Shown piece by piece: positions 16,231-41,687 of a stretch of 64,000 nt of DNA. The position numbers were made by a program, and so were the translations under genes. The stretch comes from Amoebidium appalachense (lineage: Eukaryota; Protista; Ichthyosporea), in assembly GCA_963693365.1 (NCBI GenBank), contig CAVNZM010000010.1, forward strand, positions 8,433,794-8,497,793. Reading direction: 5' to 3'. Numbering within the stretch: the first letter of the stretch is position 1; every line of letters starts with the position of its first letter. The notes beneath the pieces are model-generated. The model saw only the letters and a list, made by a program, of their open reading frames with translations. It was not told the origin of the DNA and did not search any database.

Positions 16231-18681
16231 CTAGTGGATGACGGGGTTAATTGGTGTCGCCTGTATTTGGTCAAAGTCGATGGACGCATCTTCATCCTCA
16301 TCCATCTCACCAACTACGGCACTGGGTACGTGCACACACACACGCATGAACACAGACATGCACACGCACAGGCACGGATATGCACACACACGCGCACACA
16401 GGAATACACAGTCACACACACAGTCACACACACACAGACAAACAGGCACACACGCGCCCGCGTACACACGCACACGCATACACACATGAATGTACGCACA
16501 CACGAATACACGAGAACACACACACACACCCACACATGCGTGCACACACACCCATTCCCACATATACACACACACGCACACACACACACACACACATACA
16601 CGCACACACACGGAACGTATGGGATGTCAGTGGACGGCTACCATCGGCACATCCCTTTGCAGCTATGGAAGGATGGTGTGCCAGCCCCCCCCCCCCCCCC
16701 CCCCCCCCCCCCCCATACACACACACACCCCACCGACCGCCCCTCAGCTCCCTTTCCCCCCTTCCCTCCCCCCACAACCTTATCCGAGCCTAAACCCCAT
16801 TCACCCCAACCCCATCCAATATCAATTTACCAAAGTCACTCAGTCTACTATGAAAAAGAGAAGGCATAAAAGGGGTGAAGGGGACAACAGTGCTTTGAAA
16901 TGCTCGAAGCAGAGGGGGGCAAAAGCAGTCGACAGCAGGCCTTAGACCATCCAAACCAATGACTACCTGTCTCCTCATGTTTGATAGACACATGATGATT
17001 TTGACTTTTTGGCATAGCACAGAATGTTGTTGAGTGCAGGGATCATAACCAAGTCCGTATTTCGCAGTGTGAATGTTGGTGCGGCACGAGGAGTGGTAGG
17101 GGGAAGGGAAGGGAAGGGACGGGGAGAGGGGGTGAGGCGGAAGGGGGGAGGGAGGAGGGGGAAGAGAGGAGAGAGACAGAGAGAGAGAGAGGGAGGGAGA
17201 GAGAGAGAGAGAGGGGGAGGGGGGAGGGGGGAGGGGGGGGGGGGGGGGCGCAATTATGTGTAGAGCAATTATGACATAGAGCAAACCATAACCAAGGCAT
17301 AGGGCAGGGAGCGAGGGAGAGGGGGGCACTCACATGTTGTCTCCCCTGACTATGTACAGACCAAGCGGCACCCGCTCCATGCCGCTGCCCAATGAAAACA
17401 CCCTCTCCTCTGATTCGTTGAGAATCACGTTTACATTTTGGTCAAAGCCTTTCAATGTCCCCTGCAACCCCAAATTGTCTCGAGTAAGTCAGGGCCATGT
17501 ATATCATACTGAAAACCACTTAGTCACCAAAACAGCCAAAAAAAATCTCCACTATTCAAAATCACTCCCCCTCCCCTCCCCCCCCCCCCCCCCCCCCGGG
17601 CGCAATCTTACATTTCGGAAACCACAGACCAGAGCCCTCCCGCCACCCATCCCCTGTACCCCTCCCATCCCCCCCCCCCCCCCCCTGCCACCAACAAAAA
17701 AACCACACATATACCCCCCCCAACCACATATAGTACCCCCCCAACCACACGTCTACCCCCCCCACCATACATATACCCGCCCCAACCACACATATACCTG
17801 GAAATACCCCCCCTACCACACGTATACCCCAATACACCTCCCTCCCCCCCCCCCCCCCCCCCCCACCACCACCGCCGCCGCCAAACATATAGCCCCCCAA
17901 CATCACATATACCCCCAAAACCACATATATACCCCCCAACCACACTTTTAGTCTCCCAACCACACTATATACCCCCCCAAAACCACACCTATAGTCCCCC
18001 AACCACACACACACACACACATACCCCCCCCCCCCCCCCCGAACACACACACACATACCCCCCCCCCCCCCCCCCCCCACCACCACCTACCGCAATCAGG
18101 CGGCCGTCATTTGTCAAGACCAGCACCTTCTCTGTTTGCAGTCAAGGATAACTCGTTGCCTTTCACCCACCACACCACCCATCTGCCATCACATAGCTAC
18201 CTACACCATAGACCCTTACATAGAGGGCATATTATGTGTGCCTACACACCAGTGGGAGCGGTGGATACCTGCAAAGTCCCCCACACTGACGAATGCACAG
18301 GCAAGAGACAGGGAAGAAAACGAAAAACACACGTTTACAGGAGCACAGAGTTGGACACGTGGACACGGTCCTTGTACACATGCAGGCACACACGTACACA
18401 TATATACACACGGACACAGACATACACATGGCCCCTCTCCCTCCCCCCCCCCCCCCACACAAACCCACACCATCACTGGACACCACCCACATAAACCCAT
18501 TATACTGCACCTGCCCTCCATTACTCCATTATTTCTCGGATTGCATCTCATTTCCCCACTACCCTCCTCCCCCCCCCCCCCCCCCCCCCCCCCCCCGGGG
18601 CTCCCCCCTGCAGAAAAAAATAAAATAAAAACATAAAAAAGAAGGCAGGATACGGTTCACGTAGCTCTCCAGAGTAGCCAT
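16231..18681 (-). CDS. LSM8: U6 snRNA-associated Sm-like protein LSm8, 95 aa; exons 18681-18654, 18131-18091, 17461-17334, 16321-16231
   Basis: GT-AG spliced product [95 protein letters not shown] has Sm1/Sm2 motifs and the LSm8-type acidic tail; all phases are consistent. Confidence 0.95.
17701..18060. repeat. Degenerate ~21-bp minisatellite (ccccccaaccacacatatacc) in LSm8 intron 2
   Basis: Repeated aaccacacatatacccc-like units are visible. Confidence 0.7.
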
Positions 18682-18784
18682 TTTTAGCCCTCCACGTTAG
18701 CACCTTCCCGGACCTCACGACACACTTTTCGAGCCCTGGGCCACCACATTTGGGGGAGGGGAGAGGGGGGAGGAGGGAAAGCGG

Positions 18785-18968
18785 GGTTAGAAAGCGGAAC
18801 ACGGCACAAAGTGCACCTACATGACGAGAAACACCGTACAGGACACAGGCAAAAGCAAACATTCAAGTATGCAACATCAGCCATGGATAGTATGCAACAC
18901 AGGCAGAATCCATCTTCAGTGGGGGCCCAAGCAATTGACTGCTTCTGAGTTCCGACTCCTGAGCCTCA
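18785..18968 (-). repeat. Dispersed ~190-bp repeat, copy just upstream of LSm8
   Basis: Clear inverted match to 55551-55740 (shared gcaaacattcaagtatgcaacatcagccatg core); partial copy at 16021-16115. Confidence 0.8.
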
Positions 18969-19247
18969 CAAGAGGGAGGTGTGTGTTTGTGTGTGTGTGT
19001 TGTTTTTTTTTGGGGGGGGGGGAAGGTTTATTGGTTGGTTGGCAAGCTCATACTCACGATGCAAACCATACACCATGCACATCTTGCAAGCACATACAAG
19101 AAGTATGCATATAAGCAAAGCCCTCGAGGGGCCGGGGAGGGTGGGGAGGAGGGAGGGGCACGGAGAGAGAGACCCGGGGGGGGGGGGGGGGAGGGGGGAG
19201 AGAGAGAGAGAGAGAGACACACACACAGAGAGAGAGAGAGACACACA

Positions 19248-19296
<49 letters not shown>

Positions 19297-19583
19297 AGGG
19301 AGGGAGGGAGGGAGGGAGGGAGGGAGGGAGAGAGAGAGAGGGAGATGCAGAATGAGCACATCGTTAAGGAGGGTGAGGCAATAAAAGTCAGGCTTGGCAT
19401 CATGGAAGAGTTTGGCTGGGGAAGGGGGGGAGGGGGGAGGAAGAGAGAGATGGGGACGGGAGGGGGAGAAGGGGGAGGGATGGGGGAGAGGGGAGGGGGA
19501 AGGGAGGTGGGAGGGCAGGTGGGACATCAACCATGGGGAGAGAGCCGGACGGCATCGACGGCGGCGGGGGTGGGGGTGGGGGT

Positions 19584-19622
<39 letters not shown>

Positions 19623-20140
19623 CGTAAACCAAACGGGTGGCCGAAGGATAATCTGAGAGGTTGGGTAGGGATAGGAATCAAGCACGAGATAAAGAGAGGA
19701 GGAAAAGAGAAGGGCCAAGGGAAGATGTCGGGAGAAGGGAGGAGGGGGGGGGGGGGGGAGAATGAGAGAGAGAGAGAGCTGGGGTGGGATGGGTGCTGGT
19801 GGTGGTGGGGGGAGGGGGGCGGAGTGTCGTGTGAAAGTGTGCTTGGTGTGCTTGTGTGTGTGAACCCATACGGCCATACACACTCCCCTGCTCACACCAC
19901 TCCCCTCCAATCCTTCCTGGTCGTGCAAGAACGGATGCACACACTGATCGTACTTCAAAGCACACACAGACACTAACACACACACAAGCACACACACAAA
20001 CATTCTCTCCATCCCTCTTATCACTACCTCCCTCCCCCTCCCCCCCCCCGCCCCCACACCACCTCTCCCTCTCTCTTCTCTCTCTCTCTGCCCCCCCCTC
20101 TTCTCCGTCTATCTCTCTAAATCACACACACGGACACATC

Positions 20141-20183
<43 letters not shown>

Positions 20184-21112
20184 AGGTTCAACCCCTCTCC
20201 CCTTCCACCTCCCCCCCCTCCCCCCCCCCCCCCCCCAAAAAAAAAAACTCCATGCACCTGCATTACAGACACGGACGCATAAAAAATATACACGCTGACA
20301 CACGCGTGCAGAACTACACATTGTTGGTGGCCCGCGAACAGATACACACCACTCACCCTTGTCTGCTCTCTTGCAAGGTCGCTCCTCTGGCACTTCTGCA
20401 CAGTGCATATAGCAAACCCAAAACCGAATAGAAACCAGTGTAGCAGTATTTATGGGAGTGTAGGGGTGTCACAGAGTAACCAAGTTATATTCTTTTCTGC
20501 CCTATGATAGTCAACTATAACTACGTGCTACACTAACAGACCTTTGTGGTTGACTGAACGCTTTTGATTTCGGTTCTGCAGCGCCAGGCTGACTAAACAC
20601 AAAGAGGTAGTCTACATAGTGTAATCCCTATTGACGCGATTTTGGATCAAAAGCTCTGGCACGACTATGGCATGCTGACGTCACTTTTGCGGCGCCGGTT
20701 AGTGGCTGCATATGAGCAACCCCCGAACCTTGGAGGGGTGAGAGTAAAGAAGGGCACCAGCAAGGTGGCTGGGAAGATGGCACGAGGACTGGCCAAATGA
20801 AAGCAACGGTGCTCGTGTTCGCAATCTTACAGCTGCCCTGGCATGGACAGCCAATGATGGATTACATGTGCATGCCATGGCGATGGCGAGTCGACAGGCA
20901 TCATGGCATAATGACCTTCCAGGCTTATGTTATCAAGGGCCCCCCCTCCCCCTTCCCCCCCTCCCCTCCCCCCCCCCTCCCCCCCCCCCCCCCCCTCCCA
21001 CCCCCCTCTCCATCCCCCTCCGCCTACTTGGACCCAAAATTGTATTCATTATCTTCTATTACTTGGTTATAGTTGGTTTCTTGGTCGGTTGCCTTGTGTA
21101 CGTGTGTGCGTG

Positions 21113-21196
<84 letters not shown>

Positions 21197-21298
21197 TGTG
21201 TATGTGACAAGTACACGTGCCACTTGTGCGTACAGGTGTATTGTTATGATACTATGTCAGAGTGTGTGCCGTGGGTGTTTTTTTTCTCTTTCTTTTTC

Positions 21299-21331
<33 letters not shown>

Positions 21332-21962
21332 GTGTGCGCGCGCGCGTGTGTGTGTGTGTGTAAAGGTGGTGGTGGGAGGGGGGGGGTTTGCTAAAAATTG
21401 TTACGTGACTTGTGAGGCTGGAAAACTAATCCATGACCACTGCGTATACAGGCAGTGCACGCACGCACTGCCAGCTTGAAATTCTGGACCATCTTAGACT
21501 TTATTTTTCCGTTTTTTTTTTACATGGCTGGTTTCGAGTACACAACCCAACTACATTGTGAAAATCAAAACTTTTAAATCTTTTAAAACGTAAACGTGAT
21601 CTTCAATCAGCCGCTAAAGTGTCATACCTCATACCAACCTTACCGACATACGTCTTCATTGTGCGGGATTCATTCAAAAGTAGCGTCTAAACTCAGCAGC
21701 GCTGACCAGTTTCTATTGATGCAAAAGTAGGCGAACGAAATGTGCTTGTGTGTGCCATAAGAGTCTTCTCAGACTCCATATAGGTTCTGTTACGACGTTC
21801 TATCACCTCAGCGTGACAAAAACCCACCAGAGTGTCCACTCCAATACTAATCAAAAAAGGCCGATCATAACCAGATCACACCACGAAGTGCATGTACAGG
21901 TATAGTGTGCCACTATGCACGCACGTGCACCATCTCACCATTGGTTGTGTGTGGGTGTACTG

Positions 21963-22000
<38 letters not shown>

Positions 22001-22073
22001 ACACACACACACCACCCCCCGCCCACCCCCACCCACCCCACCCTCCCCCCCTCCCCCCCCCCCCCCCCTCCCC

Positions 22074-22104
<31 letters not shown>

Positions 22105-22207
22105 AAAAAAAAGAAGAAGAAGAAAAAAAAGAAGAGAAAAAACGAGAAAGAAAACCGGGTTTCACCAAAGCCACCACGACCCGTATTTTGTACGGCAGGG
22201 GCGGAAT

Positions 22208-27461
<5,254 letters not shown>

Positions 27462-27695
27462 GGTGGGTGGTGGCTTACGTGGCGGTGTTGGTGGTGAAGG
27501 GAACGGTTTGAGGGGTAAAGGGAAGACATGAAAGACGGCTCTGCCACACCCCTGTAGCTCACCCCTGTACAGCTGAGGAGTTGAACTGTTGAATAAGGGA
27601 GAATTCTGGGAGGATATTTACGTTCAACCGATTGGCTCGGAACGCATCGATTAGATCCCCCAAAACCTCTGATCCTGAATGCCTTTTCAGCAACC

Positions 27696-28671
27696 ATGCC
27701 GAAACCGAAACCTTCGGTTGACACATTACAGGCACAGTGCCCTCGTTAAGAAACAGCTAGATGAGCTGTTACCACTCAAGAACATGATAGAAAAACTCCA
27801 AAAAGAAAATGCCCAACTCAAGCTCACCATCGAAACACTCACAGCCCAGCTAGACAGTAGTGGATTGCAAAACCCCAAAACTCATGAGCAAACATCTCGC
27901 GATGGAGACACATTCACCCCAACACAAAACAACACAGGACCGGAAGCACAGCTCCCGGCAGAGTTCCTAGAATATGCGAACTCTCGTAAAACACCCGAGC
28001 TCCGCCAAATTGCCAAGGAAACATATGCCAGCATTCTTGCAGGCAACGAGTACCGCCGCAACTCCCCTCCCAAACTGTCGGCTACGGGGAACACCAAAGC
28101 AAACGGTAACATCAACATCCCACCCAAATACGAGAGGGTGTATTTCAAAGTCAAGCACGGCAGACGCCCACACAGGGCCATATGGTCCATCTTCAAGGCC
28201 CTCGGCTTCCGATGCTCTCGCATCCTTTGTCTGTCCTTCATTGGATACGACGTGCTGGAAGTAGCAGTACGGGGCGACTATATAACCGCGCATTCATCCG
28301 TGACGCGACAAAGGGGTGTGGAAGATCCTTCACCCACCTCCCAAGCTACGACCCATGCGCGCCGGAAAGCATCCAGAAAGCAGACAAAGAAAATGTCTGC
28401 TAAGAATGCGTGCGCCACACGCTGTCGTGTACGCATCAGCAAGGCAACAGAGTTCCTCGCAAAGTTGGAAACCGATGCTACGAGCGTGATAGACACGGAC
28501 ACGAAGGAACCGATGTTTTCTGGTGAGAAACTACTCGAGCGCAAACGCCGATGCGAGATGGAAATCGAGCTCTTCTGCGAACTGTTCGCGCTGGCGTAAG
28601 GTCGTGCATACGACCCCGTAAGCGACAAGTGGGAACCAACCCGACAGGCGTCGGACCAAACCGATGCCTGA
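27696..28671 (+). pseudogene. LINE ORF1 (gag-like, coiled coil), frameshift near 27740 and probable premature TAA at 28597
   Basis: accATG MPKPKPSVDTLQAQC shifts frame into LVKKQLDELLPLKNMIEKLQKENAQLKLTIETL (heptad pattern), then ERVYFKV...ALGFRCSRILCLSFIGYDVLEV. Confidence 0.7.
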
Positions 28672-31600
28672 TTTATCCTTCTTCTTCTGGAATGCTCGGA
28701 CACTGGGCCCCCAAAAGGGCCTCCCCCCTGGGACACTCGACGATAAAATCAGCTACATACAACAACAGACAAACAACCACACATTTACAGTGATTTGCGA
28801 AACACAGTTTAAAAACCACCACAAATTCAACTCTGCATTGGTCGACACATCCACGCACCCCGGTTATGCGAAAAACGAGGCATTATTGTACTTGAAGCGC
28901 CACACGTGAGAGTGAAGTGCAAACCGGTAGCAAAAACGGAATTCTCGGTTTCTATAGAGTTTCTTTCTAATGTTTTTACTTTTGTATTTTACCCACCATC
29001 TATGTCGGTTGCCGAATTGACTCACGAGTTGTCACAGTTACGAATGTCCATTGTTATTTTAGGTGATTTTATCACGCGACTCCACCACACAGACACACTG
29101 CAAGTGAGTGTCGGGTACCCATCTAAGCCCCCAGAGCGCGCTACCCTTTTAGCAAGGTATGTCCAAAGTCACACTTTGCGGTTCCCTCAAATATCCCATG
29201 CCCACAACACCGACTGGGGAGTGGCCTTTTGGCCATCAACCATGTCAAAACTCTCTCTCCCTCCTAACCTCTCTAGGTCATCTGACCACTCCCCTATCCT
29301 TTTCCTACCTAATATCTCCCTTGATCTGCTACCTCCTCCTCCGCCTACCTTTCGCCTCCGTCTATCCCAGCTCAAGTCACAATGGGGTAGAGTTGATGTA
29401 TGTGTATGCTATGCAACGAAACACCCTATATATATGCGCCTATTAGAATCTGCACAAGCCAGACCAGATTCACATCTCGTACTAGATACGTGCACTAACT
29501 TAACTGTTGATGATTTAGAAGACCTCGGTGATTATGTGGGTGGTGGTAGGAAGGAATATCCCGATGCTCTCTTGTTTCCAAACACCACTCCCGCTAAGCT
29601 AGGTGAGCCCCTGTCTCAAAAGGAAAGTTTGCGCCGGCTTGCTAGTATGAATCGATTTGGCCCCCCTGCTCGGATTATTGGTGATTTTACTGGAGACCCT
29701 CTCATAGATTCTGATAAATATTTCTCGGAACTGTTTAAGGATAGGACCCCCGCTCAGAAGCCTATTGTGTGGCCTGTAGACCCATCTATCCCCATAGAAT
29801 CGATCCTCCCCCTTTTTAGTCCCGATACCGTATGGTCTGTGATATCCAGTTATAGCTCTAGTAAATCTTGTGGGCCTGATGGACTTCCTGCTGGGTTTCT
29901 TAAAATCCTCGTTCCCCCCTACCCACAGAAGGAAACTGATCGTGCTATCAAACCTGATCTTGCTATTATGTTAAGCTCTCTCTTTTCTTGGTGTGTTAAA
30001 TGCGGACATGTCCCGTCATCTTGGTTAGATACCTTAGTGATCCCCATAGTTTAGAAGGACTCTGAGGGTCCCATATCATCTTTTCGTCCCATCACACTAA
30101 CCCAGGTTGTTCGTAGATTCTTTGAAGCCTGCTTACTTAGGTTATTTGCACATCACCCTAGGTTTCAATCTATTCTTCACATACCCATGCCAATCCGCTT
30201 TTCGTAAAAACAATTCATGTTATGTTCAAATTACGGTACTGCACGATACTATGCAAGTTGGTGCACGATATGTTGGTTTTATTGATTGGAAAACTGCTTA
30301 CGATTCTGTCTCCCCTGGTCTCCTATGGGACAAGCTTGCTGCACGGGGTGTACCACACTGCATTGGTGTTTTGTTAGACGCACTGTTATCTCAAACCTAT
30401 GGTAGAGCTGTGGTCAATGGGCACCTTTCATATGGTTTTTCTCGTACCGTAGTTTTCTCTTGCAGGATTCATTGCTCAGCCCCTTTTTGTTTAACCTATT
30501 TATAGATGATTTGGCTGTCAAGATTTATGCCGAAAATGATGACCCTATTAATAACTTTCCGCCTGCACTTCTCTATGCTGATGATCTGTCCCTCCTTGCC
30601 CGTACCCCTAGACGCCTGCAAAGGTTGTTCGATATAGTGTCAGAGTGGTGCAAGGCAAACCTTATGATCCTTAACATAGACAAATGCGGTGTTCCTGTAC
30701 CTGATATAGCTAACAATTTACACACATTTACATTATCATCTAAACCTGCCGGTACCTATCGTTCCAGAATACAAATATCTTGGTGTTCCGGTCAATTCTG
30801 TTGGTGTTATGTTTTCCCATATGGTTGAAAAGAGGGTAGAGCTGGCTCGTAAGCGGTTAGCTTTTTTCTCGGCTAGTATTTATAAAGACACACCCCTCCA
30901 TCCTTCTATTAGACTTACATTTGTTCGCACTTTTGTCTTCCCGGCATGTGAATATGGTTTACCCCTTCTCGCCGCTTGGATCAAGAAAAAGAGAACTAGA
31001 GCGCTTAAACCCTTGGAAAATTTCCTTGAAGTAGAATTCGAAGTTGCCTCCTTTCTATCTAACAACTGTTGTAAACCTGGGCCTGTAACGCTCTCGATAT
31101 ATGGTCTGGTCCCAATAGCTGCTAGAGTATCCCATCTCGCGCTGACTTTCAATAAGCACATAAGCCGCTTAAAGAATTATCTGCCCTCCCACCCTCTCTT
31201 CTCTATCCGACCTGTCCCCTCCACACCTCTTCCCTCTTTCCTTCCCTCCCTCTCTCCTTCTTCCCCGGGCACAAATACAAATAAACCCCGCAAAAGTGTG
31301 CGTGTGACTTTGGACTGCCACTTACTTATTAGACATGTACATAATGATTACAAAATAGTTACACAATATCAATATAACAAATGGAAAAAGATACCACACG
31401 ACACTAGACCCGATGAAAGCAGACACCTTGAAAAACTAAGCCTTATGTCTCGTTTTTAATATAATGACCGCCTTAACCATATTGCCAAATATGGCACTCG
31501 CAAATGTATAACACCTAAATACATATTACCTTCCTGTAGAACTGGTCTTTCTCTAGCTGATGGTATTATTGATCACTTACCACGCTTTAACTGTACACGT

Positions 31601-31875
31601 GCTATACAGTGGAGATCTAATAAGTATAAGGGCATCGTTTACATGCCCAAACAACACACACACACACCAGTTTAAACGATCATGTATCGCCAAATGTAGT
31701 TTGATAGACCACATAATACCGCAACACACACACTGCGACACATTCACAACAGACACCCAGAAAGATAGCCTACCTGAAAATAACAACATCCTTGATTTTA
31801 TACTAAACACACGTAACCATGACCTGTTTATTAGATGTATTGATTGGCTCGAGAAACACATCATTACAAAATTCT

Positions 31876-31877
<2 letters not shown>
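28664..31877 (+). pseudogene. LINE ORF2 (APE endonuclease + reverse transcriptase), several frameshifts and stops
   Basis: APE motifs FWNARTL, ICETQ, ILGDF, SDHSPI; RT motifs KSCGPDG, FRPITL, QSAFR, FIDWKTAYDSV, QDSLLSPFLFN, LYADD, NIDKC, YKYLG spread over different frames; in-frame TAG at 30052; Cys/His cluster near the C-terminus. Confidence 0.92.
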
Positions 31878-31947
<70 letters not shown>

Positions 31948-33035
31948 AGCTGATACCGAGTGTCCCAGGGGAGCCCGAAAAAAAAAAAAAAAAAAAAAAA
32001 ACGGGGAACCCAACTAATTGGTTTTCTTAGTCTTTATGGTGCCTCGTAGAGAAAGCCTTTAGTAAACCCTGATATATAATCATCACCCGACATCTATGTA
32101 CTTGATCATGATATACCGCTGAGGGGATATTCCGAGCAAAACCCCCCCCATACCTGAGAATGGTCTCTCTTTGCCTCGAGTAAACAGCGTAAACCCCCTT
32201 TTCTGTTAGGGATTTGATGAGACCAAATGTCTCATCAAGATGAGACCACTACCCATGGGCCTCGTGAGCATGCATGGCTCCTGTGTTTTCCCAGCACGAC
32301 CGCACACTCAGAAATGTGAAACCATGCGCGTCTCACTCCAAGCTCCAAGGTTCAATCTCTCCCCTTCACCCGTCACCGGCCCGAGCCCCCTCCCCGATAT
32401 CCCTGTCTGTGGGGCTTCGTCCCACACGGTGTACACACGTGCCCACCGGCACACAGTTCACTTTATTGAACGATTACTTGGGTTTACTTAAGCGAATCAT
32501 ACACGACTATGTATCTTCAACATGGCCGTAACTACTTCTGACCTCTGGGACGCACAACGGGGGTGAAAATTAAAGAAAAACAGAAAACGAACCAGGGAAA
32601 GAAGGCCTTTGGAGAAAAATCCAGCCTGTAAAACTTGCTTATAGTGACAAGAAAAGCACAGATCTAAAGCTGCACAGCAACTACTGACATTTGCTCTCCT
32701 CATTACTTGGCCAAACCGAGAAAACATTCGCGCAAAGAATAACCTTAAGGTACCACGGCTTTTGTACATGTCCTGCTGCAGTGTTTACGCGGAAATCGTC
32801 ATTTACGAGGATATCGATATATAACTACAGCTAATGTTAGGTCGTTTGTCTGAGGCTCATAGTCATGTATGATGTCACACAGCAAGATTGCATGAGTGCG
32901 CAACATAGCAACATGGTGTGACTGTGGATGATGGTGTGTGCGTCAATCTGTGCATCATGATGCTGCTATCGCGATATCAGTGTGGTGCCATGCGTGCATG
33001 TATGTGCACATATAAGCGACCGGTGTGCCCGAGGC

Positions 33036-40097
<7,062 letters not shown>

Positions 40098-40274
40098 GGT
40101 GGCCTGTGTGTGTGTGTGTGTGTGTGGTTGTGTGTGTGTGTGTATGTGTGTGTGTGAGTGTGAGTGTGTGTGTGTGTGGGTGTGCGTGTGGGTGTGCGTG
40201 TGTGTGTGCGTGTGTGTGTGTGTGTGTTTGTGCGTGTGTGCGTGCGTGTGTGTGTGTTTGTGTGTCTGCTTGCA

Positions 40275-40393
<119 letters not shown>

Positions 40394-41687
40394 CGTATTC
40401 GTATTTCTGGATGTGCACATGAGCATGTAATTGTGTGTGTGTGGCATGATCCAGTGATGGTGTGTGGAAGGGCCAGTCTGAGCGAGATATGCGCACGATT
40501 TTTTCTTGCTGATACAGTCGTGCAAAGACGGTGTTTTTTTGCTAAATATTACATTATTTACAAGTAGCCTGCATGGATATAAAGGTGCACACTGGTGTTA
40601 CTGCTTAAACACCCTCCCAACGGAAATGAACAGCTCACAAGCATGCACACACACGACGAATGTTGCAGTTTGCATAACAGGTCCTGCGCGGCTGTATATA
40701 TCTGAGTGTGCATTGTCATAGTTCGCCTTGTGTTGCATGTACGTGAAGGTGCCAAAATAAAAGTGTATGCCGAACCACGGGAGTGTGCTTGCAACATGAG
40801 CACATGAGGTCAATGCTGTTTTGGGCCCACGCACAACACACCGTCTCATGAATGCTCTTCTTAACAAGTATATGTGCGCGTGCCGGCAGGCGCACTTGAA
40901 CACACGTGCTCAAAAGATCCACGCACAAACTTGACTTAGGGGATAACCTTTAAACCCAAATCACCGTTGAGGTTTGAGCAGGGGATCACCACGCGAGAAA
41001 AAAGCACCAGAGTACATGGAAGAGAAAGCAGTCGGCACTAAGACGGTGTCACTCACTTATTATGTTAGGTCGAGGCAGGTGGGTCAGTGAGTGAGGCGTA
41101 CTGTGATTGGCTTCACTTGCTCAGCCTGAACCACTTCAAAGCTACTCAGTAAAAACAGCAGCGACAGCAGCTAAGGTGGCCTGGGCCCAGTGTGCCTGTG
41201 TGAGGGAAACCGTTCTCAGTGCAACTTTCAGCTCCTCATGCAGCCAGATCGGCAGCCCCGGGGGCCCTGATGTCAGGACAGCCAATCAATAGACTCTCCC
41301 GCACAAATGTATAGCTAAATAGGGCTATCTCGCGAAAAAGTGGCTCACGGCTGAGCACAACGTTGAAGCAGTGTGCATGCCGTGCGCTTGGTGTGGGTCG
41401 CTCCAGTGACACCCGAGGTTGGGTGTTCTGTGCGCGAATTTCTTGCCGTGATATGCCACGTACAATTGTGTGTCTGCGTGTGTGTGTGTATGTGTGGAGG
41501 GTAGGCAGAGGCGGGGGGGAGGGGAGGGGAGGTGGGGAGAGGTGGGGAAAGAGGTCTCGTTAATCACCATGATCATGAAGCAGGTGAAAAACCTGGCTCC
41601 GTGAATTATAGTCCATATATTGTTATCATTGCATTCCTCTCTATGCACCAGGCATAGTATGTAGGCCATCAAGAACAAAAACCACGC

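Larger units (their letters stand above)
27530..31946 (+). mobile_element. Degenerate non-LTR retrotransposon (LINE-like; ORF1 + APE-RT ORF2)
   Basis: Two-ORF layout with endonuclease and RT motifs in order; (CA)n directly after the ORF2 stop; the 5' boundary is approximate. Confidence 0.9.

Noticed and set aside
19340-20930. Exon-like islands (e.g. 20357-20395 minus with cag/gtgagt)
   Set aside because: Could not be phased into a coherent or recognisable product; left unannotated.
31947-31982. Hammerhead ribozyme-like ctgat...cgaaa after the LINE
   Set aside because: Core reads CTGATAC, not CTGANGA, and I cannot form the required stems.
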